DNA of 33,818 nucleotides from an uncultured Methylomarinum sp. (GCA_964442675.1 CAYUAE010000003.1:1-33818); one strand, 5' to 3'; shown: positions 18,949 through 28,182, counted from the first letter of the stretch. Numbers and translations are program-made. The notes: generated by a model not told the origin, from the sequence alone.

Positions 18949-19574
18949 TGAACTATTTCAGCTTGTTTTTCCTGCTGTTCATCAGTTTCTCAGGCCATGC
19001 TCGCGATAGCCTGCCTGCGGTATTGAAAAGAATGCACACCGACAGCGCCGTAAAGCTGGCTTATCAAGAGCGTAAGGATCTGACTCTGATGGCGCGACCC
19101 TGGCATGGTGAAGGTTTTTTATATTCTTTGCCAAAAGAGGGAGTGATGATTAAACAACAGCTTAAACCGGAACCGGTATTGATGGCGGTCATCGGGCGAC
19201 AGCTTTTTTATTACGATGTGAAAAATCAGGTGCGCCATCAGGGCTTGCTGGATGACAGCAACCCGTTCAGTCTGAACATTGCTGTGTTCAAGGCCCTGAT
19301 GAGCCAGGATATGCTGCTCCTCGAGCGATTTTATCAACTGGATTTTCTGAGCCTGGCCGATCGATGGCAGCTGATTTTAAAGGATAAAAACGATCCCGAT
19401 TCCGCCTTCAAGATCATTATCAGCGGGCCGTTGCAACAGCCGGCAAACCGCATCGACATCCAGCAAGCCGATGGCGACAGCAGCACCATGAGCTTGTCTA
19501 AAATAGCCGAAGGTGAATACGTTGCGCAAGAAATTGAGCACCTGCTTCGGCAATTAACCCAATCCACACACTGA
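18948..19574 (+). CDS. LolA-like periplasmic lipid carrier
   Basis: Start reassigned to ATG 18948 (TAATG overlap) giving a signal peptide; YQERK.L.L..P..EG and ..I.QADGDS motifs. Confidence 0.72.
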   Translation: MNYFSLFFLLFISFSGHARDSLPAVLKRMHTDSAVKLAYQERKDLTLMARPWHGEGFLYSLPKEGVMIKQQLKPEPVLMAVIGRQLFYYDVKNQVRHQGLLDDSNPFSLNIAVFKALMSQDMLLLERFYQLDFLSLADRWQLILKDKNDPDSAFKIIISGPLQQPANRIDIQQADGDSSTMSLSKIAEGEYVAQEIEHLLRQLTQSTH

Positions 19575-19578
19575 ACGC

Positions 19579-21879
19579 ATGCTGTTACGCATTTTATTTT
19601 ACGGCTTACCCTTGCTGTTAGCCGCGCTGACCTATAACGGCGTCAGCGTTAAAACCGACCTGTCTACCTTTATTGTCAGCGGTAAAAATGCCGATGAAGC
19701 ATTGCTAGCCCACGCCATGCAATCAGGTAATCTGTCGCGGCGTTATTTAATTGCCATCACCCCCGACACGAACCAGGCCATTGAGCCACAATTTATCCAG
19801 CAATTGATCGTGCAATTAAAAAGCATCGACAATGTCACCGATGTCTGGAGACCCGAACAAAAAAAACAGGCGCTAAATGCTTTGCAGACGTTATATGTTA
19901 ATCATGCCAGTTCTATTTACAGTTTGCATCCCGAAGAAGATTTAAACACACTGTTTTCAACACATGGTTTACAGCAAAAAGCGCATTTTTTAAAACAGGC
20001 GTTGCTGTCGCCGCAAGCGGCCTTGATTAAGCCGATTGCCTTGCGCGATCCTTTGCTGTTAACCCTGAACGGCTTTCAAGACCTGGCAAAAAAATTCAAA
20101 TTCCAAGCCGCGACGAGCTATCAAAATCTGATTTTAGAAACCCGACCGTCGGGCATGGATAGCGCGGCGCAAAAAGTCATTCAACAGGCTATTCTGGCAC
20201 GATTCAAGGCGTTGAACCACAATCAGAACTATCAGCTGGAAATGACCGGTGTACCGGTTTTTGCCGTGGCGACTCAGCGTCTGATTCAAGGCGATATTAT
20301 CAAAATCAGTATTGTTTCTTCGCTGGCCCTGATGCTTCTGTTTCTGTGGGCGTTCCGCTCACTTTTCCAAATGTTTCAGGTATTTACCCTGTTAGCGATT
20401 GTGATTCTAAGCGCGATTCTGGTCACCGCCAGTATTTTTGGCTATATCCACGGCATGACCATCGCCATCGGTGCAACATTGGTCGGTATTTGTATCGATT
20501 ACCCGATTCATGCTCTCGTGCATGCCCAACAATCTCCACAGCACCCGCCCCGGAGCCTCATCGCGCGAATCTGGCCCAGTATGTTACTAGGCGGTGTGAC
20601 CACTTTGATCGGCTATTTGGCGTTAGGGGTGTCGGGTTATCCCGGTTTTCAACAAGTCGCTGTATTTGCCGCAAGCGGTATTATTATCGCTCTGCTGATT
20701 ACACGCTTCATGCTGCCGGCACTGGTGATTCGATCCTCGCAACCGGTCAGAATCGGCGGCATTCAACGCTGGATACATTTGTGTCAGCGTTATCGTAAAA
20801 TCGGCTGGGCAATGATTGCTGTTTTTTTATTGGTTGCCATTTGGCCACTGAGCCATCTGCAATGGATGCAGGATATGCAACAACTCACGCCGGAACTTGA
20901 TTATCTAAAACAGCAGGACCGCCGTATCCGCTCCCGCATGACCAGTATCGAGCCTGGCCGCTTCATTCTGGTCTCAGGCGACACCACAGAACTGGCATTG
21001 CGCCATGCCGAGCAGGTTTATCAACGCCTTGACCAGCTCAAGCAACAGCAGGCGCTTACCGAGTATTTCGGACTTTTCCCCTGGCTGCTGTCCAGTCAGC
21101 AACAGCGTCTGAACCAGAACGTCCTGAAAGCCAGGCTGACGCCGACAAACATCAAGCACTGGCAACAAGCATTACAACAGGAAGGCTTATCCGTCAGCAG
21201 ATTAGGTCATTTAAACTACTCTTTCAACCCACCTTTGACGCTGGATGTGGTATTTAAAACACCGGTCAAGCATTTGCTCGATAGTCGCATCATGCAACAG
21301 GTGGATAAAACGATTATTTTGATCGGCTTATCGCAACATACGCCTGAAATCGTTCGCCAGGCATTTTCTGATTGGCGCAATGCCCGCTATTTCAGTCAGC
21401 GTGATTTATTGAATGCCATGCTCAACGAATATACACAAACGGCCAAAAAGCTGCTGCTGGCAGGCGTAGCCCTGATTATGCTGCTGATGCTGCATCGCTA
21501 TCGCAGCCTGACGACGACTGTCTCAACCCTGTTGCCGGCCGTGTTAGCCGCCTTGTTTATTTTGTCATCCTGGGCCATTGCGGGTGTCGCCATCAGCTTT
21601 CTCCATTTAGTGGCTTTTTTGCTGGTTGTCGCGATCTGTGTCGACTATGGTATTTTTTATCAGGAAAACCGAGGCGGAAATATTTTAGTCACCTATCAGG
21701 CTATGACCGTCTCTATGCTGACCAGCGCACTGGCCTTCGGCAGTCTGCTGGCGGCTGAAAGTACCTCACTGAAAATCCTGGCCAGCGTCGTGTCATTAGG
21801 GGTCTTGATCGGTTTTATGCTATGCCCGTTGATTATCCAGCACTCCGAAAACGCACATAAACCTAAAAATCAGATATAG
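19579..21879 (+). CDS. MMPL/RND-family lipid exporter
   Basis: Two 1+5 TM repeats with large periplasmic loops; GICIDYPIH and AICVDYGIF motifs; RDPLL. Confidence 0.88.
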   Translation: MLLRILFYGLPLLLAALTYNGVSVKTDLSTFIVSGKNADEALLAHAMQSGNLSRRYLIAITPDTNQAIEPQFIQQLIVQLKSIDNVTDVWRPEQKKQALNALQTLYVNHASSIYSLHPEEDLNTLFSTHGLQQKAHFLKQALLSPQAALIKPIALRDPLLLTLNGFQDLAKKFKFQAATSYQNLILETRPSGMDSAAQKVIQQAILARFKALNHNQNYQLEMTGVPVFAVATQRLIQGDIIKISIVSSLALMLLFLWAFRSLFQMFQVFTLLAIVILSAILVTASIFGYIHGMTIAIGATLVGICIDYPIHALVHAQQSPQHPPRSLIARIWPSMLLGGVTTLIGYLALGVSGYPGFQQVAVFAASGIIIALLITRFMLPALVIRSSQPVRIGGIQRWIHLCQRYRKIGWAMIAVFLLVAIWPLSHLQWMQDMQQLTPELDYLKQQDRRIRSRMTSIEPGRFILVSGDTTELALRHAEQVYQRLDQLKQQQALTEYFGLFPWLLSSQQQRLNQNVLKARLTPTNIKHWQQALQQEGLSVSRLGHLNYSFNPPLTLDVVFKTPVKHLLDSRIMQQVDKTIILIGLSQHTPEIVRQAFSDWRNARYFSQRDLLNAMLNEYTQTAKKLLLAGVALIMLLMLHRYRSLTTTVSTLLPAVLAALFILSSWAIAGVAISFLHLVAFLLVVAICVDYGIFYQENRGGNILVTYQAMTVSMLTSALAFGSLLAAESTSLKILASVVSLGVLIGFMLCPLIIQHSENAHKPKNQI

Positions 21880-21960
21880 CTCACATTTTGTAGGCTGACT
21901 ATTCAAAAAGCATCAATCTTAACCTATGCTTAATTTAATTATGTTTTTTAGGGTTTATCG

Positions 21961-22659
21961 ATGCTTAGCCTCCCTGTTATTGAAGAATATCAAAACAACA
22001 GCAAAACGGCTGAAGAACGGCCTTTTATATTCAGAACCTGTTTTTTTAATGAAAGCTCATCGCCTGAGCTGGAAACGATGCTGCATCATATTTCCAGAAA
22101 ACCAAACGATCTGCTTTGTCATATTCAACGCATTTATTACTGTTTTACTCAAAAACAAGCCGATCATTTATTCGCCGCCCTCACGGATTTGTTGATTATT
22201 CTCCATGGCAAGGGACAAGCCTTAATTAGACGCATGATAAATGGCAGCCAGAGTCTGTTGTCTGCGCAGCAATGCACCTTACTGGAAGAGGCTGTGGACC
22301 CGAAACATCTGCATACGTTACAAACGGTCAAATACAGCCTCTTTGCCACAGGCCGGATAGCAGAATCTGAACTTATTACCACACAGCACCGAGCCTCAGC
22401 TGATGAATCCGTCGATACCTTGTCTCTCGCTCATAGTTATCTTGAATACAGCCAGGTCGATCACGCCATGGCGCTGCTCGAAGAAGCCCTGTTTACTGAT
22501 GATAATGAAGACATCCAGCATCTATTACTACAGATTTATCGATCAACCGATAACCGTCAGCGTTTTTTAGATACTCACACACAAGCCGAACAAAAAGACA
22601 GACCATTGATCGCGGAATGGCAACAACTACAACAATACTTTAACGATAACCCGTCATGA
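21961..22659 (+). CDS. Helical/TPR-like protein with FimV-like C-terminal repeat; first gene of the GTPase-Roadblock operon
   Basis: All-helical; LAHSYLEYSQVDHAMALLEEAL TPR-like segment; ATGA overlap with the next gene. Confidence 0.6.
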   Translation: MLSLPVIEEYQNNSKTAEERPFIFRTCFFNESSSPELETMLHHISRKPNDLLCHIQRIYYCFTQKQADHLFAALTDLLIILHGKGQALIRRMINGSQSLLSAQQCTLLEEAVDPKHLHTLQTVKYSLFATGRIAESELITTQHRASADESVDTLSLAHSYLEYSQVDHAMALLEEALFTDDNEDIQHLLLQIYRSTDNRQRFLDTHTQAEQKDRPLIAEWQQLQQYFNDNPS

Positions 22660-23867
22660 ATCAGCGCGAGCATAACAAAAACATAAAAATCGCCATTCAC
22701 GGTGTTCCACACAACACCCATAAAATGTTATGCCTTTTTTTTAAGCAGATTTCTGAACACATCAAAATTGTGAAAAATGCCGATAGCCCGGATGTTGATT
22801 TAATTGATATTGATTTTGCAGGTAGCGATAAAATACTTGCAAAACAACGCGCAGAACATCCTGAGCGAATCCTTGTGATTGCATCTTTGAAAAACAAGCC
22901 GAATACAATCGAACATGATTATCTGTTTCTGAAAAAACCTCTGAGCAGAGAAGGTATTACTCAGCTTATTCAAGTTATCATGCAATGCCAGTTGCAATTA
23001 AAGCAACCACCCATACAAAAAAAAGCTGAAGCGGCGCCCAGCGCCTCTACACCCCATGCAACAGTGCCACCTGCAGCGACAGAAAAAAAGCCTGCCTCGC
23101 CAATCAAGCCAGCTGAAAATCACACTCGCCCGGCGGAAGAATTTAATGAAAAAGGTTTTACCCGCTTTATCGGCTTAATGCCAACAATCAATATCAAAGA
23201 TTCTGCGCAAATTTCTCAGGCCCGTTTTTCACCTGGCGACTATCTTTTAGGCTATGTCTACCATGCAATCACAATGGCCCGTCACAAGAAACAGGCCTTG
23301 CAAGTCGATGCCAGCTGGCGGCCTTTACTCATCTTTCCACACAGCCATGAAATCTGGCTGGATGCCAGCGACCATCAGTTACGTGCCTTCGCCAGCCTGA
23401 AAATCAGCCGTACCTCAGAAGCCAAAGTTCGTGTTTTACCGGTCAATCTGCAACAAACAAAAGTCAACCAGGCCAGCGACAAGTTTCAGGATGAAGAAAG
23501 TTTTTTATGGAAATTGGCGATCTGGACATCGAAGGGGCGCTATCCGGAACAAATCGACCCTGAAAAGCCTATTGTTTTAAAACACTGGCCTAATTTCACC
23601 CGGCTGGTGATTACCCCCCATGCCTTGAGAATCACTGCTCTTTTGATGCAACAACCACAATCCATGCTGGATGTCGCCAGAACACTTAATATCGGGGCAC
23701 AGTATGTATTTGTTTTTATCAGTGGTTGTCAGGCGTTAAACCTGGTGGCCCAGATAGAGCGAAAACCGGAGCCTGAGGAAAAACCGAAAAAGATAAGAAA
23801 ATCAAGCGGTTTGTTAAACAAACTATTAAATAAATTACGCGCTAAAAATCACGATGATACAGCATAA
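22656..23867 (+). CDS. Degenerate receiver domain + Pro/Ala linker + C-terminal winged-helix-like domain
   Basis: DLIDID...IAS...FLKKPL receiver pattern; HWPNFTRL motif; amphipathic GLLNKLLNKLR tail. Confidence 0.65.
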   Translation: MNQREHNKNIKIAIHGVPHNTHKMLCLFFKQISEHIKIVKNADSPDVDLIDIDFAGSDKILAKQRAEHPERILVIASLKNKPNTIEHDYLFLKKPLSREGITQLIQVIMQCQLQLKQPPIQKKAEAAPSASTPHATVPPAATEKKPASPIKPAENHTRPAEEFNEKGFTRFIGLMPTINIKDSAQISQARFSPGDYLLGYVYHAITMARHKKQALQVDASWRPLLIFPHSHEIWLDASDHQLRAFASLKISRTSEAKVRVLPVNLQQTKVNQASDKFQDEESFLWKLAIWTSKGRYPEQIDPEKPIVLKHWPNFTRLVITPHALRITALLMQQPQSMLDVARTLNIGAQYVFVFISGCQALNLVAQIERKPEPEEKPKKIRKSSGLLNKLLNKLRAKNHDDTA

Positions 23868-24402
23868 AATAATTTTCACAGGGCCTGTCGGTGCTGGCAA
23901 AACCACTGCGATCAACAGCATCAGTGATATTGCACCGATCAAAACCGATGCCTCGGCCTCAGACATGACAAAAGGCCGAAAAGCCGAAACCACCGTTGCG
24001 ATGGATTACGGCGTCATGAACCTGTCAGATGGCGACAAGATACATTTGTATGGCACACCGGGGCAGGAGCGTTTCGATTTTATGTGGGATATTCTGACCG
24101 AGGGTGGAATCGGCTTGATCCTGTTACTGGACAACAGCCGAAAAAACCCGTTTCAGGATTTAAATTTTTTCATCAATGCCTTTGATGATTTCATCAAGCA
24201 AACCAGTGTTGCTATCGGTGTGACACAAATGGACTTGAAAGCGACACCCACCATCGAACAATATCATCAAGAACTCAAAAAGCTTAAAGTCAATCATCCG
24301 GTTTTTGCAGTAGATGCCAGAAACTCTCGCGATGTTTCTATACTCGTTCAATCGTTACTGTTCTCGATTGATCCCGGTATTGAAGGAGATTTAAATGGCT
24401 AA
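23854..24402 (+). CDS. MglA-like small Ras-superfamily GTPase
   Basis: G1 GPVGAGKT, G2 TTVAMDYG, G3 GTPGQERF, G4 TQMD, G5 VDAR. Confidence 0.92.
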   Translation: MIQHKIIFTGPVGAGKTTAINSISDIAPIKTDASASDMTKGRKAETTVAMDYGVMNLSDGDKIHLYGTPGQERFDFMWDILTEGGIGLILLLDNSRKNPFQDLNFFINAFDDFIKQTSVAIGVTQMDLKATPTIEQYHQELKKLKVNHPVFAVDARNSRDVSILVQSLLFSIDPGIEGDLNG

Positions 24403-25051
24403 ATTGACCCTGGCTGAAGACTTGTTTCTTTATCCATCACCGACCGGTACCTATTTTTCCGTTTCTGAACACGAAAACAATAAAAGCCGCCAATTCTTAC
24501 AGCATTTACTCGGCGAGCGGACAACGCCGGCCCTGTCAATCGACACCTTAAAACGCTTAATGCAGACCGATGACGAAGAACAGGCTTTAAACGTGTTACA
24601 CCATTGCCAAAAACTGGGCTGGATACAGGGTTTAAAAAAACCTCTGACTGCCCCGGATACAACCTTGGAAGACTTTCTTCCCACTATTTTGTCATCCTTT
24701 TCCAGTCAGGAAAAATCACTGCTGGCAGATGAACAGGGGTTTTACCTTGGCAGCCAAGGGTTCCCTCACGAAACGGCCGAAGAATTATCGGCGCTGAGTG
24801 CCGAACTGGCGATTATCCACAAGCGTCGCTCCGGCCTGTTAAAAAACAACTTAGGCCTGGCCAGTCAGGCCTGGGGAATTGTCGATGCCTATGGCAATAA
24901 TCAACTGGGATTTTGGCCACTTTATATTGGTCATTATCGTTTTATGCTGATCATCGCAGGAACGCCTTTTTTTAATCACCCCGATTTTGTCAGCCTGATC
25001 TGGGCTTTGAGCATTCGCTATGCCACAACAGAATCCTCTCAATCATCGTAA
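24395..25051 (+). CDS. Divergent Roadblock/LC7-domain protein with extra N-terminal domain
   Basis: C-terminal LLADEQGFYLGS.G...AEELSALSAEL Roadblock-like pattern; lies between the GTPase and the MglB-like gene. Confidence 0.65.
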   Translation: MAKLTLAEDLFLYPSPTGTYFSVSEHENNKSRQFLQHLLGERTTPALSIDTLKRLMQTDDEEQALNVLHHCQKLGWIQGLKKPLTAPDTTLEDFLPTILSSFSSQEKSLLADEQGFYLGSQGFPHETAEELSALSAELAIIHKRRSGLLKNNLGLASQAWGIVDAYGNNQLGFWPLYIGHYRFMLIIAGTPFFNHPDFVSLIWALSIRYATTESSQSS

Positions 25052-25067
25052 AAACAGGAGAAATTAA

Positions 25068-25430
25068 ATGAAATCCGATATGTTGACTTCAATATTGGTC
25101 GAATTAAATGGTACATCCGGCGACATTGAAGCTTCCGGTGTCATTTCTACCGATGGCTTAATGATGGCCTCAGTATTACCGGCTGAACTGGATGAAGACC
25201 GGGTCGGCGCCATGAGTGCTGCCATGCTGTCATTAGGCGACAGAACTGCACAGGAATTGAATCGCGGTACGCTAGAGCAGGTTTTGATCAAAGGCGACCA
25301 TGGCTATGTTCTGATGACCTATGCTGGAAATGAAGCCGTTCTCACTGTCATGGCAAAAGCCAATGCCAAGCTGGGGTTGATTTTTCTGGATGTCAAACGC
25401 GCAGCACAAAGTATCGCTGAACTGTTGTAA
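25068..25430 (+). CDS. Roadblock/LC7 (MglB-like) protein
   Basis: VISTDGLMMAS.LP...DRVGAMSAAMLSLG.R...L..G.LEQV.IKG..GYV....LGLIFLD; CAGGAG RBS. Confidence 0.93.
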   Translation: MKSDMLTSILVELNGTSGDIEASGVISTDGLMMASVLPAELDEDRVGAMSAAMLSLGDRTAQELNRGTLEQVLIKGDHGYVLMTYAGNEAVLTVMAKANAKLGLIFLDVKRAAQSIAELL

Positions 25431-25447
25431 GCTAAAGGGGAAGCATT

Positions 25448-25924
25448 ATGATCTGTGATATGCAACCTGAGGATATAGTCGGCGATTTCAAAGAAGTTTA
25501 TTTACAACTTTATAACTCGATTAAACGCAGAATCCTTTATACCGATATTGAAACGCCTTATCCGGATGGCAAACTGATTGTATCGACCACTGATCTGGCC
25601 GGTAATATTACTCATGTCAACAAGTCCTTTGTCGAAATGTCGGGTTATACGGAAGAGGAACTTATCGGCGCGCCACATTCCATTTTACGACACCCGGACA
25701 TGCCGCCCGCCGCATTCAAAGATTTATGGGACACCGTTCAAAAGGGTGAAAAATGGCAGGGCTTTGTCAAAAACCTGCGTAAAGATGGTGGTTTTTACTG
25801 GGTAAAAGCGACCGTGATTCCAAATATTCGCAAAGGTGCTGTGGTCGGTTATACCTCGGTACGACGCAAGCCCTCACGCAAAAAAGTTGAAGAATGCATC
25901 CAGCTTTATCCTACCCTGTTTTAA
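25448..25924 (+). CDS. Stand-alone Aer-type (probably FAD-binding) PAS protein
   Basis: STTDL.G.IT.VN..F..SGY..EEL.G.PH.ILRHPDMP..F.DLW..W.G.VKN.RKDG..YWV.A matches the Aer PAS; no output domain. Confidence 0.9.
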   Translation: MICDMQPEDIVGDFKEVYLQLYNSIKRRILYTDIETPYPDGKLIVSTTDLAGNITHVNKSFVEMSGYTEEELIGAPHSILRHPDMPPAAFKDLWDTVQKGEKWQGFVKNLRKDGGFYWVKATVIPNIRKGAVVGYTSVRRKPSRKKVEECIQLYPTLF

Positions 25925-25939
25925 GCTACGGAGTCTGTT

Positions 25940-26686
25940 ATGTCTTATATGTTTACCGTCAGTCCTGACTTTTCTCCTGATCACCTTTCTGGCTGGTACA
26001 TTTTCAACACCTGGCTGCAAAGACAAACCGACCAGGCTATTCATCTGGAAATATTCAATGACTTTGCCAGCCTGCATAGCGCCATACAAAAAGACCAAAT
26101 TGATTTGATTTATGCCAACCCTTACGATGCGGCCATGCTGGTGCGCGAAAAAGGCTTTCTGCCCGTTGCCAAACCGGCAGGCGAATCCGACGAAGCGATT
26201 ATCGCCGTCGCCAACAGCTCTGATGTTAATGCCGTAGAAGAACTGGAACCGGGGGTTCGGGTCGCTTACACCGATGACCCGGATGTGCGGCTGATGGGCA
26301 TGATTATGCTGGAGCCGGCCGACCTGGACAGCGATAATATTACGCCCGTATTGACAGGCTCTTATCCTGTTGTGGCAAAGCATCTCTTAAAAAATGAAGC
26401 CGATGTCGGTATTTTCCTGGCTGAAGCCTTTGATGATCTTTCTAATCTGATCAAAAACCAGCTTAGGGTTCTGGTGCGCAGTCAAATCAGCGTTATTCAC
26501 CATTCGCTGATGATTGGTCCTAAATTTCAGCATCAGCGCGAAGCTATGACAGAACTGTTGATCTCGATGCATCATGATGAAAAAAGCAGATCTATTCTGC
26601 AAAGCTTAGGATTTAGTGCCTGGGAAAAAGTGGACGATGAAGAAACCGAATTTATGATTGACCTGATGGATACATTGGCAACTTGA
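25940..26686 (+). CDS. PhnD/phosphate-phosphonate-type solute-binding-fold protein lacking a signal peptide
   Basis: DLIYANPYDA, .Y..V...L...ADVG and L..LGF..W patterns of PhnD-like SBPs; N-terminus MSYMFTVSPDF is not a signal peptide. Confidence 0.75.
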   Translation: MSYMFTVSPDFSPDHLSGWYIFNTWLQRQTDQAIHLEIFNDFASLHSAIQKDQIDLIYANPYDAAMLVREKGFLPVAKPAGESDEAIIAVANSSDVNAVEELEPGVRVAYTDDPDVRLMGMIMLEPADLDSDNITPVLTGSYPVVAKHLLKNEADVGIFLAEAFDDLSNLIKNQLRVLVRSQISVIHHSLMIGPKFQHQREAMTELLISMHHDEKSRSILQSLGFSAWEKVDDEETEFMIDLMDTLAT

Positions 26687-26695
26687 GTCAAGCTG

Positions 26696-27274
26696 TCATG
26701 GTGTAGATTTTATCGAATGCCTGTAAAGCTGCTGATCCAGACAGCCATTGAACCGCGTCCAATCAAAACTGTCCCCCGGGTCTGTTTTTCTGCCGGGTGC
26801 AATATCGTTATGTCCGACAATGTGCTGGCGTTGCAACTCAGGATACTCTGCCAATAACACGGTACTCAACTGGGCTAATTTCTGATATTGAATATCTTCA
26901 TAAGGCGTTATCTCGTCGCCTTCCAACTCTATGCCGATAGAAAAATCATTACAGCGCTCACGACCCTGATAATACGAGACACCCGCATGCCAGGCCCGCT
27001 TGTCAAAGGCGACAAACTGAATAATCTCACCGTCACGCCGAATCAGACAATGTGCGGATACTTTCAAATTATAAATTTCTTCAAAATAGGGATGTTGCCC
27101 AGGCTTAAGCCGGTTACAGAAAAGCTGCTCGACCGCATTGCCACCAAACTGGCCCGGTGGCAAACTGATGCAATGAATGACCAGTAAGGAAATGTCGGCA
27201 GGATCCGGTCTATCGTCAAAGTTAGGCGATGCCACAACAGTTGCAGGCGATAAATAATGCTGGTTTATAAACAT
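26696..27274 (-). CDS. ampD: 1,6-anhydro-N-acetylmuramyl-L-alanine amidase
   Basis: SPNFDDRP, HCISLPPG, VSAH, RAWHAG, CNDFSIGIELEG, GH.DIAPGRKTDPG; divergent from nadC as usual. Confidence 0.96.
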   Translation of the reverse strand: MFINQHYLSPATVVASPNFDDRPDPADISLLVIHCISLPPGQFGGNAVEQLFCNRLKPGQHPYFEEIYNLKVSAHCLIRRDGEIIQFVAFDKRAWHAGVSYYQGRERCNDFSIGIELEGDEITPYEDIQYQKLAQLSTVLLAEYPELQRQHIVGHNDIAPGRKTDPGDSFDWTRFNGCLDQQLYRHSIKSTP

Positions 27275-27345
27275 GACGCTCTAAATCCGGTATTTGATCG
27301 ATAGCGCGTTATAATAATGCAGTTTTAATTCCATTTCAGTCTTTA

Positions 27346-28182
27346 ATGAATATACAACCGACTCCCGAAGAAATCAGCCGCTATCTGGCCGAAGATGTTG
27401 GCGATGGTGATTTAACCGCTCAGATCATCCCCCCCGAACAGTTTGCCGAAGCGCAAGTTATTTGCCGGCAGCCTGCTGTGTTATGTGGGCAGGCCTGGTT
27501 TGACGCGGTATTTCATCACTTAAACCCAAACATACAGATTGATTGGCATATCCAGGAGGCCACATCCATTCCTGCCGACACGGTACTATGCACTTTAAAA
27601 GGACCGGCCCGAGCCTTATTGACTGGGGAACGTACCGCGTTGAACCTGCTGCAAACGCTGTCAGCCACCGCAACAGAATCAAAACGCTATGCCGATGCAG
27701 TTGCCAATACCGATTGCAAAATTCTCGATACCCGTAAAACCATTCCAGGCCTGAGAATGGCTCAAAAATACGCAGTCAGTTGTGGCGGTTGCTTAAATCA
27801 TCGTATCGGTTTGTTTGATGCTATTTTGATTAAGGAAAATCATATTCTGGCGGCAGGTTCTATTGCCCAGGCCATTAAAAAAGCCCGGCAAATCGCCGAT
27901 GTTCAGGTTGAAATTGAAGTTGAAAACCTGGCTGAATTTGATCAGGCATTACAGGCAAACCCTGACAGAATCATGCTTGACAACTTTTCTCTTGATGATC
28001 TGAAAACCGCGGTACAACGAAACGCGGGGCACGTCGAACTGGAAGCATCCGGCAATATTACCTTGTCAAACATCGGTCAGATTGCTCAAACCGGCGTTGA
28101 TTTTATCTCCATCGGCGCACTGACCAAAAATATCTGCGCCATCGACCTTTCAATGCGAATCAGGATGGAAAACCATGCATAA
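27346..28182 (+). CDS. nadC: Nicotinate-nucleotide diphosphorylase (quinolinate phosphoribosyltransferase)
   Basis: ERTALN, DTRKTIPG, HRIGLFDAILIKENH, IMLDNF, EASGNI motifs. Confidence 0.97.
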   Translation: MNIQPTPEEISRYLAEDVGDGDLTAQIIPPEQFAEAQVICRQPAVLCGQAWFDAVFHHLNPNIQIDWHIQEATSIPADTVLCTLKGPARALLTGERTALNLLQTLSATATESKRYADAVANTDCKILDTRKTIPGLRMAQKYAVSCGGCLNHRIGLFDAILIKENHILAAGSIAQAIKKARQIADVQVEIEVENLAEFDQALQANPDRIMLDNFSLDDLKTAVQRNAGHVELEASGNITLSNIGQIAQTGVDFISIGALTKNICAIDLSMRIRMENHA

